Of a stretch of 64,000 nt of DNA, positions 48,601 through 60,683 are shown piece by piece (positions within the stretch are counted from its first letter, which is position 1; each line of letters begins with the position of its first letter). The stretch lies in assembly GCA_010405405.1 (NCBI GenBank), contig MU004237.1, positions 1,685,345 to 1,749,344 of the forward strand, read 5' to 3'. Source of the stretch: Microthyrium microscopicum. Lineage: Eukaryota. The notes below the pieces were generated by a model. That model saw only the letters and a program-made list of their open reading frames with translations, was not told where the DNA came from and did no database searches. The translations under genes and the position numbers were made by a program.

Positions 48601-49152
48601 AATGAGACTGAGCAGCTGCTCTCGAGTCTGCTGCAATTCCGGTGGTATATGTTCAGTCAGGTCGAGTGGCTCGAGGTTCTGACCGCGCTCAATGCTCGCG
48701 CGCACCTCCGGCTCGTCCACGTCCATGAATTCCTCTTCTGCAGCATTGACTTGGCTAGATGGTGTTGGCGATGGTCGAGTCGGCAGATCCTGTACTAGTT
48801 CAGCAAGTGGGTCATCATCTTCGCCAGAAAGTACCGGCAGCTGAGTTTCGCGCAGGAATTCCTCATCGGTAATACATACGAAGCTGAGTTTCTCAATCTT
48901 GACTGGGCTGGATGACGATGGCTGATTTTGAGAAGCACTTGGGCTGGCAACAAGAGTTGCAGTATCATCATACTGCAGACCGTCTTGGTCCATTGAGCAT
49001 TGAGTCTCAGTTTGGGGATTTGCTGATAGGCTGGGCTGTTTGCTTGGTGAAGTCGGTAGTTGGCAGGATTGAGTGTATGGTCCAGGCTCTGGAACGCTTG
49101 CCATATTGCGCGGCTTCTGTACCGTTGTTGGTGTTTTTGAGGTTTGGAACAT
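45612..49152 (-). CDS. SNF2-family ATPase with internal RING finger (Rad5/Rad16/Uls1-like)
   Basis: GGILADDMGLGKT, WRRVILDEGH, TGSPLVNN, RLRQCVNH, C3HC4 RING (CTFC...CGHKTCYQC...CPEPQC), AGGTGLNLT, MDPWWN, RIGQ; multiple introns; acidic disordered N-terminus. Confidence 0.9.
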
Positions 49153-49876
49153 TTGGTCGGAATGATCGACGAGTTTGTTATGGAGTGGTCTTAAGACAAA
49201 TGGAGGGAGAGGCTTCGGTTTCGAAACTGATGAAAGCTCTGGGAAGAGATCTCAGTGCTTGAGAAAGGATCTTTCGATGTCCACTTAAGTGCCCAGTGAG
49301 GCTTCACTCAGTTTGAAGTCTCGTTCTACTTGGCTCACAGACTGAGGGACGAGGAGCTGAGAATTGTTGCTAGGGATGTCGTGGTGGAGATAAAGTGTTG
49401 ACAAGGAAGATGGTGCTGGGCAGTTGAAGGAGGAAGTTGTGTGAGGAAGGGTATGAGACCAGAAAAGGCCCAGTCAGAACCTCGAGGAAGTCCGTAGACT
49501 CGCCCGTGAAGTGAAGATAAGAAAGGAATAGCTTAGGCTGACTGCCTTAGCGGAATCCAAGGGCGATGCCCCAAGAATAGGCGTAGGCGATGTGATATCC
49601 GGCCGCGGGTTGAGAAGCAAGCTGTCTTCAGCACTTGAAGATAGCTGGGAGAAAGATAGAAGATTGTGTTAAGATGCAAGGGATATGGAATAGTACTGGA
49701 GACCTTCGAACTCTTTGTGAAGTTGCTTTCGAAGGCACAAATCTGTACTGAAGTGGTGTGGAAGAAAGATGGAGGAAGAGGTCGAACCAAAATGCTTTAT
49801 ACCCATCAAATTCCACAGAAGTGCTGGAAGCATCCATCAAAGTTGAGAGAAAGTTACTAATGGACAGACACTAACA

Positions 49877-50045
49877 ACGAGATGAAGTTTGTAAGAGGTT
49901 GTTGCTTTTGAGGACTCGACGCATACTGCTGAAGGAAGTAAGACAGAAGATGGTTGAGAGTGGTGTTGATGACGAGATGAAGTTCGTGAAAGGACGTTGC
50001 TTTTGAAGTTCCGACGGATGCTGCTGAACGAAGTAAGACGGAAGA
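49877..50045. repeat. Degenerate direct repeat, two 74-bp units with a 95-bp period
   Basis: 49877-49950 versus 49972-50045, about 61/74 identical by eye. Confidence 0.75.
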
Positions 50046-51040
50046 CAGTCAAGAGTAATGATGACAACGAGAGCGGTGAGTACGAAGAAGAAGATCTCAA
50101 CGCCTCAGATCTTGAGATAAGAGAGTGATATTGCCCGTTCAAGGGCAGATGCCAACTGAAGCCAGTAAGGCGATGGAGAAAGCCATCGGAGGCAAGACTC
50201 AAGGACACTTCGAGGATCGGGCCGGGCCGCATATCAAGATATCTTGGGTAGTTGCAGAGTGTCATAATCATGATGGCGGTCGTAGACAAGCAGATATTGG
50301 TGCTGACTTGGAGCATTTTGGAATTCATACACCCCTTCTCGAGCCCAAAACTTGGGCATAGCGGAACATGCTTGGTCACTGACACTATTAGAGTTGATGA
50401 ATATAAAGAGGGAAGTACGTACTTGGAATACAAAATGTGAACATGTTAAATCTTCGATGGAGAATATGCCTTGGCTCATGGGTAGTCATCCATAGGAGAT
50501 GGTCGGGATATGAGCGAGAAGAGAGGCACTGCTGCTGTTGATGTGTGCTCGCTGTGCGTATAGTATATACCATACATCATGATGGATGAAGCGCGTTCAC
50601 ATCTGATGGGCCAGCTGTAGCTGCTGCCTTGACGGCTTCGCAAATTAATTATTGATCGAACATATCTTTTTCATCCATGCTCTTCAAGTCTGGCCGTCGT
50701 TGGTGCATTCAAGCGAGAGAGAGCCATTGCCGCTGTGCTTCTGTGGCAATCTAAATACATCGAGACGATAGACACAGCGTCGGGCACTGGCGAGGGAGAC
50801 AAAGTTAAAGGTACATAGCTTTTGATTGTGTCGCAGAAATGAAGTTGACCAGGCGTTGGACGCTGAATGAAATGAAGTTGAGATTGAGCTTGGACCAGCT
50901 GGGAGGGGACAGGCGCCAGCCAGGCTGAAGGCATACAATAAAAAGACGGGAGAAAATGTGTTTGGAGATGCAGATGAATGTAATTAAAAAGAGTAAATGC
51001 TATAATACCGTCGTTAAATCATGCCATACCATCGTATGAT

Positions 51041-51528
51041 CTATCCGTGAGTAACCTTCTTGACCATTCCCTCGCCATCAACATGGATGTTCATGCTGCC
51101 AATCGTTAGACACACACCACAGCCAAGTAATTAATGATAAACTCACCGATCGGGATTGTGATCCATGGTAGTCATATCGCCCTCCTTCACAACACGATGT
51201 TGTTCAGGCAGATCCTTCTTCGCAAATGTCTACGTCTCCATTAGCATAAGGCTGAAGGAAAAAGCAAAGGCGGGGTAGCCTCGTCTCAAGAGCGTACTAC
51301 TTCATCTGAAGACTCGCCAATCTTCTTGCCCATAAGCTTATTGGCCCAATCGTCGTTCTTATCCTTGCCGGACGACATGAGACCTGGGACTACGAGAGGC
51401 ATTCTTTGGGTGGCTGATGGAGTTGTTACGTTGACTGCTAGGGTGGGGCCAAGGTATTTGTGCTTGGTCAAAGAGGAGCGAGTTGGTCGTTTGATGAGAG
51501 CTTTTGTATGCGTGAGGAGTAGACGCAT
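51041..51528 (-). CDS. Small peptidase-inhibitor I78-like protein (3 exons)
   Basis: MPLVVPG (ATG 51402)...WANKLMGKKIG...TFAKKDLPEQHRVVKEGDMTTMDHNPDRMNIHVDGEGMVKKVTHG*; upstream in-frame ATG at 51528. Confidence 0.8.
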
Positions 51529-52159
51529 TGATTGAGGAGATGGAGTTGGAGGCTTTAAGTAGCCGTTGGTCGCGGAATGACGCTGTTGCTCTCGGGGCCT
51601 ACTCCGGCCTGGTGAAGCTAGGATCTAGCTTTAGACCCTAACGACATGACGTAGATTTGACTGGGATAGGGGTATCAGATGCTTCCTTTGTAGTATCATT
51701 TCGTCTGCACTCGGCCCTCCGCATATCATTTGGTTGTAACTCCCTGGCATATCGGAAGATATTGGCGGCTGGCAAGATAAGCTACAGGCAACAGGATTGG
51801 GCTCACATCGCCGTCGATATGAAAGTAAGAGATGCCCTCTTATTGGATCTACAATCAATGAACATGAGGCTTGGTTATATGATTTTGTAACATATGGACG
51901 CTTTTGTGATGTTATCCAGTAAACTCGGAGGTGTATCGAGAGTCTGTACGCTCCCGACTCTATGCTTCGATAGCCATAACTTCTAGCAAGTCCCATATAT
52001 ATCATGAACGGCAGGAATTTGCCAAATGTGTCCGCAGTCGATGTCAGAAGAACATAGCACCTCTGATGCCAAATGACTGGCGAAAGATCAAACCGGCCAT
52101 TCTGTATTGCATAACACGCTTCCTGCTTATGACCCGTTCCACACACTAGTCTTGCTCCT

Positions 52160-52739
52160 TCAAGCCAGCGGGTTCGCATGAATTGTAACTCCCTTCACCG
52201 TAACCTTCTCTTTACTCCGTCCTTTGGAATCAACACTAACCGCCTCAATCTTATCCACCGTCTCCCACCCATCAATCACCCTCCCAAAAACCGTATTCTT
52301 CCCGTCAAGCTGCGGCTGTGCTCCAAAGCAGATAAAGAACTGGCTCCCATTCGTATTCGGCCCTTTATTCGCCATACTCACTATACCTCGTGCATTGTGT
52401 CTTAACGATGGTCTGATCTCGTCTTCGAAGAGGCCGCCATAGATGGAGGTGGAAGTCTTGGATTTTGGGTCGGACGCAGGTGAGCCGAGCTGGAATATGA
52501 AGGAGGGGATTATGCGGTGGATGGGGGTCGAAGTGTAGAAGTCGGAGGCGCAGAGGGCGAGGAAATTCTGGAGGTGTTAGTCGGGAATGGGGAGAGGTGG
52601 GTAGTGGGTACCTCGGCGGTTTTGGGGACGGCTTCGCAGAATATTTCGAGTTTGATGTCGCCGAGGTCTGTGTGGAGCTGGAAGTGTTAGAAATACTCCT
52701 TTTGACGGTGCGGATTTGAATACGTACTGTGACAGACAT
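52160..52739 (-). CDS. cyp10: Cyclophilin PPIL3/Cyp10 peptidyl-prolyl isomerase
   Basis: MSVT|LHTDLGDIKLEIFCEAVPKTAE|NFLALCAS...FEDEIRPSLRHNARGIVSMANKGPNTNGSQFFI...VTIHANPLA*. Confidence 0.93.
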
Positions 52740-53908
52740 TATGCGTTAACTCATCGATGGGATGTTTAGCTGTGGGGAGGGAGCGACGTGGTGGGGGAGG
52801 TGGTAAGACGCGTCGCGTGCTGAGATCTTCAACTTTTTTTTTGGTGTTGAGGGGAACTGGTGAAGCTCAACTTCAAGCCAGCAAAGTGTTTCAGCAACGT
52901 CCACTGAACAACCCCGAGGATATGTTCTAGATGTATGATCTGTCGAGATGAAGGAATGAGCTAACTAAAGTCTTTCAAGATGTAAAAATTGTTTATATCT
53001 ACGAACTACATCCACTTTTCCCAAGTCGATACTGATACGGAGTACTGCACTAAAGCAGGCTCAGCGGTGCAGGAGATTTAAACGAAATCAAGCGGCGAGC
53101 TTATGACCGAAGCTCTCAGATAGAGCAGGAATAATGTAGACAAGCACAGTCATTGCTAAGAACAAATACGGCGCACAAGTTCAGGATGAACTGGGCTCAT
53201 CGGGGGGTTGCGTCAGAGGCTGGGTATAGTACCGGTATGATGATCTGTAGTCTTGACGGCTATACGAAGTATGACACTCCATAAATACATCGATTTGAGA
53301 TCAAGACTCCAGATGGAATAGAGTTGAACAGTGATGAGATCTTTGGATCAATGGAACAATTGTGAGATTGCAGAACCCTAACCCTAGCGAGCATCACTCT
53401 TGCCTTTGCAGGGGTTGAGTCACTGCGCACTTTCCTTTCTTGGCAGCGCTGCCTGTTGTTGGTTGGCAAGTGCGCTTGCTGCGATTGCTGCAGGCAGAAG
53501 GAGCGACAGCTGAGAGGCCTGCTGCGCCTGCCCTCTCTTCCCCTTCACTTTCGCCCTCTCCGACGACCTCCCTTTCCTTCCCTCTCCATCACTCAACAAC
53601 ACTTCATCACTCCACCACTCCAATCAATTCTTTATTTCTGCCATCGAGCATCACCATCCAGCTACTCCCAACTGCTGCTTATATCAACTTCTTCTGAATC
53701 ATTTTAATTTGATACTGCAAAGCTCTCACAGCCTCTCTGCCAACACTCTCTTCGACGCGTCTCTCCATCAGTCGCGCCTTGCCATCTCTCTTCTCAAATC
53801 CATCCGCTGCCCACGGATATCATCTGCTTCTATAAGCACTATTAAATCTCACTGAGATTAGTCGCTCACCAACTCATCTCCACCTCCAAACTATCTAAAA
53901 CCTTCAAG

Positions 53909-55479
53909 ATGACTGGAAATCTCGATAAGTCTCTCGACTCCATTCTTGCTGAGCGCAAGCAAGTTGCCCGTCGCGGCGGTCGCAACCGTCGCACTGCCAC
54001 TGGCAAGCCTATCACTGCTCCAGTTGGCGGTGTCAAGAAATCCACCAAACCAGCTCCGAAATCCAGCAAGTCCGGCATCCCAACTGGTCCTAGCAATAAG
54101 GGTGGCGTGTCCAAGGATGCCAAAATCATGGTCCACAATCTGGCATGTACCCGCGATCATTTCCTGCTTCAACTTGCTAATGTCCCATAGCCGAATGATG
54201 TCGACGAAAAAATGGTCAAGGTACGTTAGTGTACAGCGAAACGCGCTATTCCTATTCAACGGTGTTGCGAACAACGTACCATTACAAATCATCAAAAATA
54301 GAGAAGATCACTCTACTGGATCGAAGTTCCTCCTGTAGGATTTTGCCTTACTCGGACAGCGCAATTCATATTGTCAAGGAATCTTCCTGATGATTTTGAG
54401 TCGTAGACTTCGTCCCGCTTCGCAATAATCTCCAGCTATCGGCGTCGCCTGGCAAGCAATCCGCAGCTGTTGAGATGCAAGCACAAAGTAATGGCTTTGT
54501 ATTCTTTGCCTATGAGCATTTGAATCTCATGCAGAAGCTTGTTACTGTGGTAGCATGACGGTGGGCGTCACCAGCATAAATAACCTCCTGGTCACATCGA
54601 GAAAGTTCTTCCATACGGGTGGCTCCTTTGGAACTCGACTCTTGTCGAACCGAACTGCGCAATCATAACATCGATGTGCTGGTACAAGGTGGTGCCTGAA
54701 AATGGCGCCACCAAGTCCTTTGGTACTACATCTTGCGCTTTCAGCGCCTGATGCTAAATCCAGGATGGTGCAGACTGCTCCCCGCCATGCTCCTATGTTT
54801 ATCGCTCCTCTGCGATCTTTCGGTCATCTCGGTTTTTCTGGACTTTGTTCTTACGATGTGGTGCTATCTATACTTTACGGAGACGGGGGCTTCTCAAGAT
54901 TTTCCGCTAACACGAACTTTTCACTTCCATAGGAATACTTCCAATCTACAATCGGTTCAGTCAAGCGCGTCGAGGTCAACTACCTCCCCAATGGCAAAAG
55001 CCGCGGCAGTGCTTATGTCGTGTTCCACAACCAAAACTCCGCCATTGAAGCAGTGAAGAAGACCGACGGTGTCAAGGTCTTGGAGAAGCCACTAAAGGTA
55101 AGCGTTTCATGATGTTTCTTGCATGAGCGTTGCTAATAAACATTAGGTCGAGCTTGTCCTCGATGCTTCTATGGCACCCGAACCAAAGAAGCTTGCTGAT
55201 CTCATCACTCAGCCAAAGAAGGCCGCCAAAGGAAAGAACGGAGCTAACCCCAAATCAGCCGCCGAACCAAAGAAGGCCACTACCGGACGCAATGCCAAAG
55301 GCAAAGGTACTGCTGCTCGTGGTGGACGTGGTGGTAAGCGCGCACCTGGACGTGGCAAGAAAACTGCAGAAGAACTCGATGCCGAGATGACCGATTACTT
55401 CGGCACTGGTACTGCAGAAGCCTCCAATGGCGGTACCGCTCCCCAGGCTGCCGACACCAACATGGATGGCGAGATCTGA
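53909..55479 (+). CDS. YRA1: REF/Aly-family mRNA export adaptor (Yra1/Mlo3)
   Basis: N-box LDKSLDSIL, RRM (KIMVHNL|PNDVDEKMVK|EYFQSTIGSVKRVEV...GKSRGSAYVVF), C-box KKTAEELDAEMTDYF. Exons 53909-54142, 54191-54220, 54933-55097, 55147-55479. Confidence 0.93.
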
Positions 55480-56596
55480 TTGTCATCCTATTTTCCACTT
55501 GCGAATATTCTCAAATTGTGTTATCAGCATGGGACAAAGGAGTTGAGGCAGGAAACTGGAACCATGGGCCAAGATTGAGGCCGCTTTGATTTGCGAGGTC
55601 GGAAGAGACTAGTATGAATACAATAACACACTCTTGACGGAACGAACAGCATTCCAACCTTGTCTGGCCAGTATAGGATGGTCAAAAATATTCATCTTCA
55701 CGGAGCCGACGAACATAACCATAAGCCGTGCGCTGGCCGCTGACTGAAGACCTGAGCCACTTCGACTCAGCACATCGATTATTATTCCTTTCATCTGTAT
55801 TCAGCAACCTTCATACAAGCCACGATATCCATTTGTCTTCTTTTGTTACGATCGCGACTAGAAACTGTTCAGACATTCGTAAGCAGATTCCCGCAGTTTT
55901 ATCCACTTTCGGCAGCCACTATGTCCTCTGTATATTAATGGGTACCACGGCCTGTTCTTCGTCCTCCTCTTGCTTTGCACTGCCAAATTTACCGCAGTTA
56001 ACATACTGAAGCCGTTGAATCGAAGCGACGGTCTCTTGGGAGACAGCCAAACAGCCCAGACGTCAAGAGGAACCTAATTGAAACCTTACTTATCTTCGGA
56101 TCGCAGCGAAGCTTCTTCGACTGGGAATTAATCAAGGCACTCTGTTTCCGATACTATGCTGTTGTCAAGCCGTTAAATCAAGGCCCTCCGCTGTGTTATC
56201 CATAGCTTGATATTGGCCTGAAGACATTCACTGCCTTTACATCCCGTTTCACCTCTTCCACCAGCATTTCCTTGGACGCACAATATTGTAGCATCAAGGT
56301 CGAATACCGCCAACCACACGCAGGACTGCAAACCCGAAATATTGGAACTCATCTGGTCGATCGAGGTAAGTACTATATTGCGCAGTGAGCTCATCATACC
56401 CATTGCCATAAATCACCCTCAACCTAAGTCATGCGCGCCGTGCGATTTTCAGAAGTAAATGCCCAGATTAAGGGATGAATTCGTAAGTACTAATAGTAGG
56501 TGTATATAACAAGAAAACAGGTAAGTCCCAAGAAACAGCATTAGAACCGAGAACATATTATAAGACACAGGAACCCAAACTCATGCTCGAAACCAA

Positions 56597-57319
56597 TTAT
56601 GCGAAAAGTGCCATCATGGCCGCACCAGCTGCCAGATAACCACCAGCGCCAGTCAATTGTAGATGGCTCATAGCACCATTCGACTTCGCCGCTGGTGGTG
56701 CAGACGTGGTGCTCGTCCCTGGCTTGGTGCTCGAGGGTGCAGACGAGCTGGAGCTCTTTGGTGTCGTAGTCGCCGCCGTAGTCGTCGTCAAAGTCGTGCT
56801 AGCAGGCGCGCTAGAAGTCGTTGCAATAGGCGTAACAGACCCCCTCGAAGACTCATTCGCAGCCGTCGATGAAGAAGGACCGGCAGAAGCTGATGCCTTT
56901 GTTGTCGCGGTGCTGCTCACCACCACTGACGCATCTGAGCTAGCTTTTTGTTGATTTGCGTTCGCGATGCCGAATTGCATCGTATACTGGTATTGGCTGC
57001 TGCCTACAACATTTAGTCTGATGCCATAGCGCGTTACGTCGTTTTCGAGGGTTGTGGGTGGTGTCCAGTCGTAGGAGCCGGTGTTATCGATCCCTTCCAC
57101 GATTGTGCCAGCTGGTTGCAAATTGTTGCCGGGTCCGCGGAGTAAGTAGAGGGAGACTTTGCCGGGTGTTGAAGGTGTCCATTTTATGGTGAACGGTTTG
57201 CCGACTGGTACTTGTTCGCCGCCGTCTGGATGGGCGAAGGCGTTTCCTGACGGTGCGTCTTCTGCGTTGATGAGCGTAAGGGCCGTGGCGAGGATGGTGA
57301 GTAGTGATTTGAACTGCAT
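56597..57319 (-). CDS. GPI-anchored Ser/Thr-rich wall protein with Kre9/Knh1-like N-terminal domain
   Basis: Signal peptide, P...VPVGKPFTIKW...LYLLRGP...NTGSYDWTP...YQYTMQFGI, S/T stalk and hydrophobic GPI tail. Confidence 0.9.
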   Translation of the reverse strand: MQFKSLLTILATALTLINAEDAPSGNAFAHPDGGEQVPVGKPFTIKWTPSTPGKVSLYLLRGPGNNLQPAGTIVEGIDNTGSYDWTPPTTLENDVTRYGIRLNVVGSSQYQYTMQFGIANANQQKASSDASVVVSSTATTKASASAGPSSSTAANESSRGSVTPIATTSSAPASTTLTTTTAATTTPKSSSSSAPSSTKPGTSTTSAPPAAKSNGAMSHLQLTGAGGYLAAGAAMMALFA

Positions 57320-58771
57320 GGTTGCGTTTGCTTAAGTTAGAAAATGAAGAAGTTAACTTGGCTTGATGAGTTTTTGGTGGAGTCGTTTTGTGTGGAATGT
57401 AGCAATGTATGAAATATCTATGGAATGTAAATAAAGCAAAATAATGACACCAGATTACACCGTATATATACAACCACAGTCTCGCCGCACACAACCAGCC
57501 CAAATAACCACCAGCCTATTGACGGGTACTACATGCCAAAAAATGCTTATTGGGAGGATTCGCTCCCCTGAACAGTAGGATCGTGAACACTATTTCCAGT
57601 CACCCAGTATAACATTTCAGGGTCCAGGCACAAAGGGACATTGATCGTCCAATGGATCTGCATCCTAGTAGTTTTTCTATTTTGTTATACCTGGTAGGAT
57701 TCTTCCTAATTTATCTTTATGGTTCTAGAGCTCGCAGTGTTAGCCTGACAGGGAGGTTTGTACTCTATAGTAGGTGTGATACCCGAGGTATATAGTTATT
57801 TGCGGCGTGGTAGACCTATAGCAGCTATTTTGGTATGCTTGGTGCTCAACATAGAGCAATTTAATTTATTGTTTAGATTGATGGTTCGCCGGTCTATAAG
57901 GGTAGGATTTTTGGAGTTGGTGGCTTAGTTGTTTTCTGCTTTGAAATGTCACGAATGGTTGTTACCATCTTTTGTTATGCTAACATGGCTTTCTGGGACT
58001 TTAGGCTGAATCGAGGCTTTGACGCGTCTAATGACACGTTAATGTCGTAAGGCGTAAACGCACTCGTGAGGCAATCAATTGTGGTCCTTGAAAGTAGGCC
58101 TTATAACGGGCTGTCAGATACCTGTCCACTCGTTAAAGATTCGTTGTATATTGGTCTGACTCCCGAACTTGGCTATAGGGCACTTGCTTACATACTTCAT
58201 TATTGGCAAGTCAATTTGGGATTGGTTAAATATCTATAACGGTGCCATTTGTGAGAAGACGATGGCGCAAATATTCTTCCACTTGAAAATAGAGACACAA
58301 CACTGGACAATTACGAAGCTGGGTGGGCGGACGAGTTCTATCAAAGCCTGTGGGAGCATTTCGTATGTACTATAGATATCAATGTATCTTAGAAAGAACT
58401 ATAGATTCGTGGCTTGTCAGTACAATTTTGTAGAATGAGAAAGACTAAATTCTTGTGGTGCTTAAACGGCTGCGGCCTAAGGACCACATGGTCTTGATGT
58501 GACCTTCAAGAGCTTCTGTTAGGTTACAGTCGACTGTACATTGCTTGTTGAGGCGGTGCTCACATACCTAATCTGATCCTCGTTGTTAATCTCGCATCCT
58601 GGTCTCGCTCTATTGACGTCCAAAACACTGCAACATTATCGAACATTGACATGCTCATGCAAGACATATGTGCTAACTTCAAGAGTACAGGGCTAGAGAA
58701 ATTCTACTAATACTGTCTTGACAGATGTTGAGTTCGAAATTCGGACTTCAGAAATCGAAAACATTAGAAGT

Positions 58772-58989
58772 CAATGGGTTGGTCAAATCAACGGCGCGCT
58801 CCCATGAGAATTGTTGGCTCCTAGACGCTACTCTCATTTATCAAGCGCTTTATTTATCATAAGGGCTATGTAAATCTGAAACATTTTTCCATTGCGATCC
58901 GAAATATAGCATCTTTTGTCTAATAGCGTTGGTGGAAGCCATCAGAGTTGGTGGGAGAACGCGATCTATTTTGCTACATAATGCTATTG
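58772..58989 (+). mobile_element. MITE family A copy (diverged)
   Basis: caatgggttggtcaaatcaacggcgcgctccca...gggagaacgcgatctattttgc...ctattg; flanks gaagt/gaagc. Confidence 0.75.
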
Positions 58990-59389
58990 GAAGCGTGATT
59001 TATGGCTACCAGAGACGATTCACCAAATATGACAAGCCTAGGTAATTCTTGAGTTAGTTTGATCAGTAATATCGAATTGAGGATAGTCAACACCAGGTCG
59101 CACTTCGTTCCGGCAGCGATGTACTGGTCGGCGAGAGCCCGATTACGGTTCCAAGTGGTCATAATCGACATCAAGTCGCACTTCCTCCCGTTAATAATGC
59201 GTCGTTCTGCGGAGGCTTGAATCTAGTCCTGAGGTCAGAGGTTATATAATAGGTAGAACATAGCAGAAACTTGATTCCACTTCAACTCGCCTCATCTCAT
59301 AGTGCCAAACTGCTCAAGAAACACAACTCATCTCATACCTTCAACCTACTCACAAAGTTTATATATTGGACTTTAGCTTTTTATCAGAC

Positions 59390-60634
59390 ATGTCCTCTCA
59401 GCACTCCACTGTCACCATTCATGGAAGAACCTATAATCTTCCTACCAATCCTACTGTCATCGTATGCGTTGACGGTTTCGACCCCGAGTACCTCGAGCGC
59501 GGTATTGCTGAAGGCATCCTTCCAACCATGGAAGGTTTTGTCAAACAAGGTTTCCACCAAACAGCCCAATGTGCCATGCCGTCTCTGACGAATCCCAACA
59601 ACGTCTCCATCATCACTGGCGTTCCCACCGCAATTCATGGAATTTCTGGAAACTTTTTCCTCGACCGCGAGACTGGAAAGGAAGAGATGATCTTGGATGA
59701 CAAGTTTCTTTGGGGCTCAACAATTCTTGAGTTTATGTCGAAGCGAGGTGTCCGCGTCGCTGCAATCACTGCAAAAGACAAGCTTCGACTCATTCTCAAG
59801 CATGGACTCGAGGGTGCTATCTGCTTTTCATCTCAGTATGCTAAAGACTGTACGGTGGCTGAGAATGGCATTGACAATGTTGAAGAGTGGGTTGGACGTT
59901 CGACTCCTTCGCAGTACTCTGGCGATCTTTCTATCTTTGTGCTCGACGCTGGCATTCGGGTACTGCAGGAAAAACGGGCAGATTTGTTGTACCTCACCCT
60001 GTCGGATTTTATCCAGCATAAACACGCTCCTGGCTCAAAAGAGTCAAACGAATTCCTTTCGGCACTTGACAACCGCTTAGGAGAAATGGTCAAACTCGGA
60101 GCCACAGTGGCAGTCACAGGGGACCACGGCATGAGCGACAAAGCCAAAGCAGATGGCACTCCAATGGTCCTATTCCTTGAAGATGCCTTGGAAGCAAAGT
60201 TTGGCAAAACCAAAGGATTTGCAAGAGTCATTTGTCCCATCACCGATCCTTTCGTCAAACATCACGGCGCTCTGGGTGGTTTCGTCCGGCTTTATATCAA
60301 CGACAAGTCCGTCGACAATCAGCAAATTCTCGACTTTTGCAAATCATTGCCTCAAGTCGAAGCCGCACTGACCGGCAAAGAGGCTGCTGCAAAATACGAG
60401 ATGCCACTGGAACGCGAAGGGGACTTTGTCGTCATTTCAAAGGAGAATGCTGTGATTGGAACTCGCAAAGAGGAGCATGACCTTTCCAGTTTGAAAGGAC
60501 ATCGTCTTCGGTCACATGGTGGGTTGTCTGAGCAGGCGATACCACTGCTCAAGTCTATTCCAACCGATCGAGTGGTGGAGCCTGGGAAGGTTTGGAGAAA
60601 CTTTGACATTTTTGACCTCGCTCTTAACCCATAG
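59390..60634 (+). CDS. phnA: Phosphonoacetate hydrolase (alkaline phosphatase superfamily), 414 aa, intronless
   Basis: VCVDG, catalytic-Thr motif PSLTNPNNVSIITG, HGISGN, TAKDKLR, YLTLSDFIQHKHAP, TGDHGM, RVICPITDPFVKHHGALG, LRSHGG, RNFDIFD. Confidence 0.95.
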   Translation: MSSQHSTVTIHGRTYNLPTNPTVIVCVDGFDPEYLERGIAEGILPTMEGFVKQGFHQTAQCAMPSLTNPNNVSIITGVPTAIHGISGNFFLDRETGKEEMILDDKFLWGSTILEFMSKRGVRVAAITAKDKLRLILKHGLEGAICFSSQYAKDCTVAENGIDNVEEWVGRSTPSQYSGDLSIFVLDAGIRVLQEKRADLLYLTLSDFIQHKHAPGSKESNEFLSALDNRLGEMVKLGATVAVTGDHGMSDKAKADGTPMVLFLEDALEAKFGKTKGFARVICPITDPFVKHHGALGGFVRLYINDKSVDNQQILDFCKSLPQVEAALTGKEAAAKYEMPLEREGDFVVISKENAVIGTRKEEHDLSSLKGHRLRSHGGLSEQAIPLLKSIPTDRVVEPGKVWRNFDIFDLALNP

Positions 60635-60683
60635 GCCATGAGAAGATACGTATCCTGGCTTTTTTTAACAACTAGGATGTGCA

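Noticed and set aside
54380..54760. Possible C/D snoRNA in the long YRA1 intron (TGATGA near 54388)
   Set aside because: No suitably spaced CTGA box or terminal stem found.
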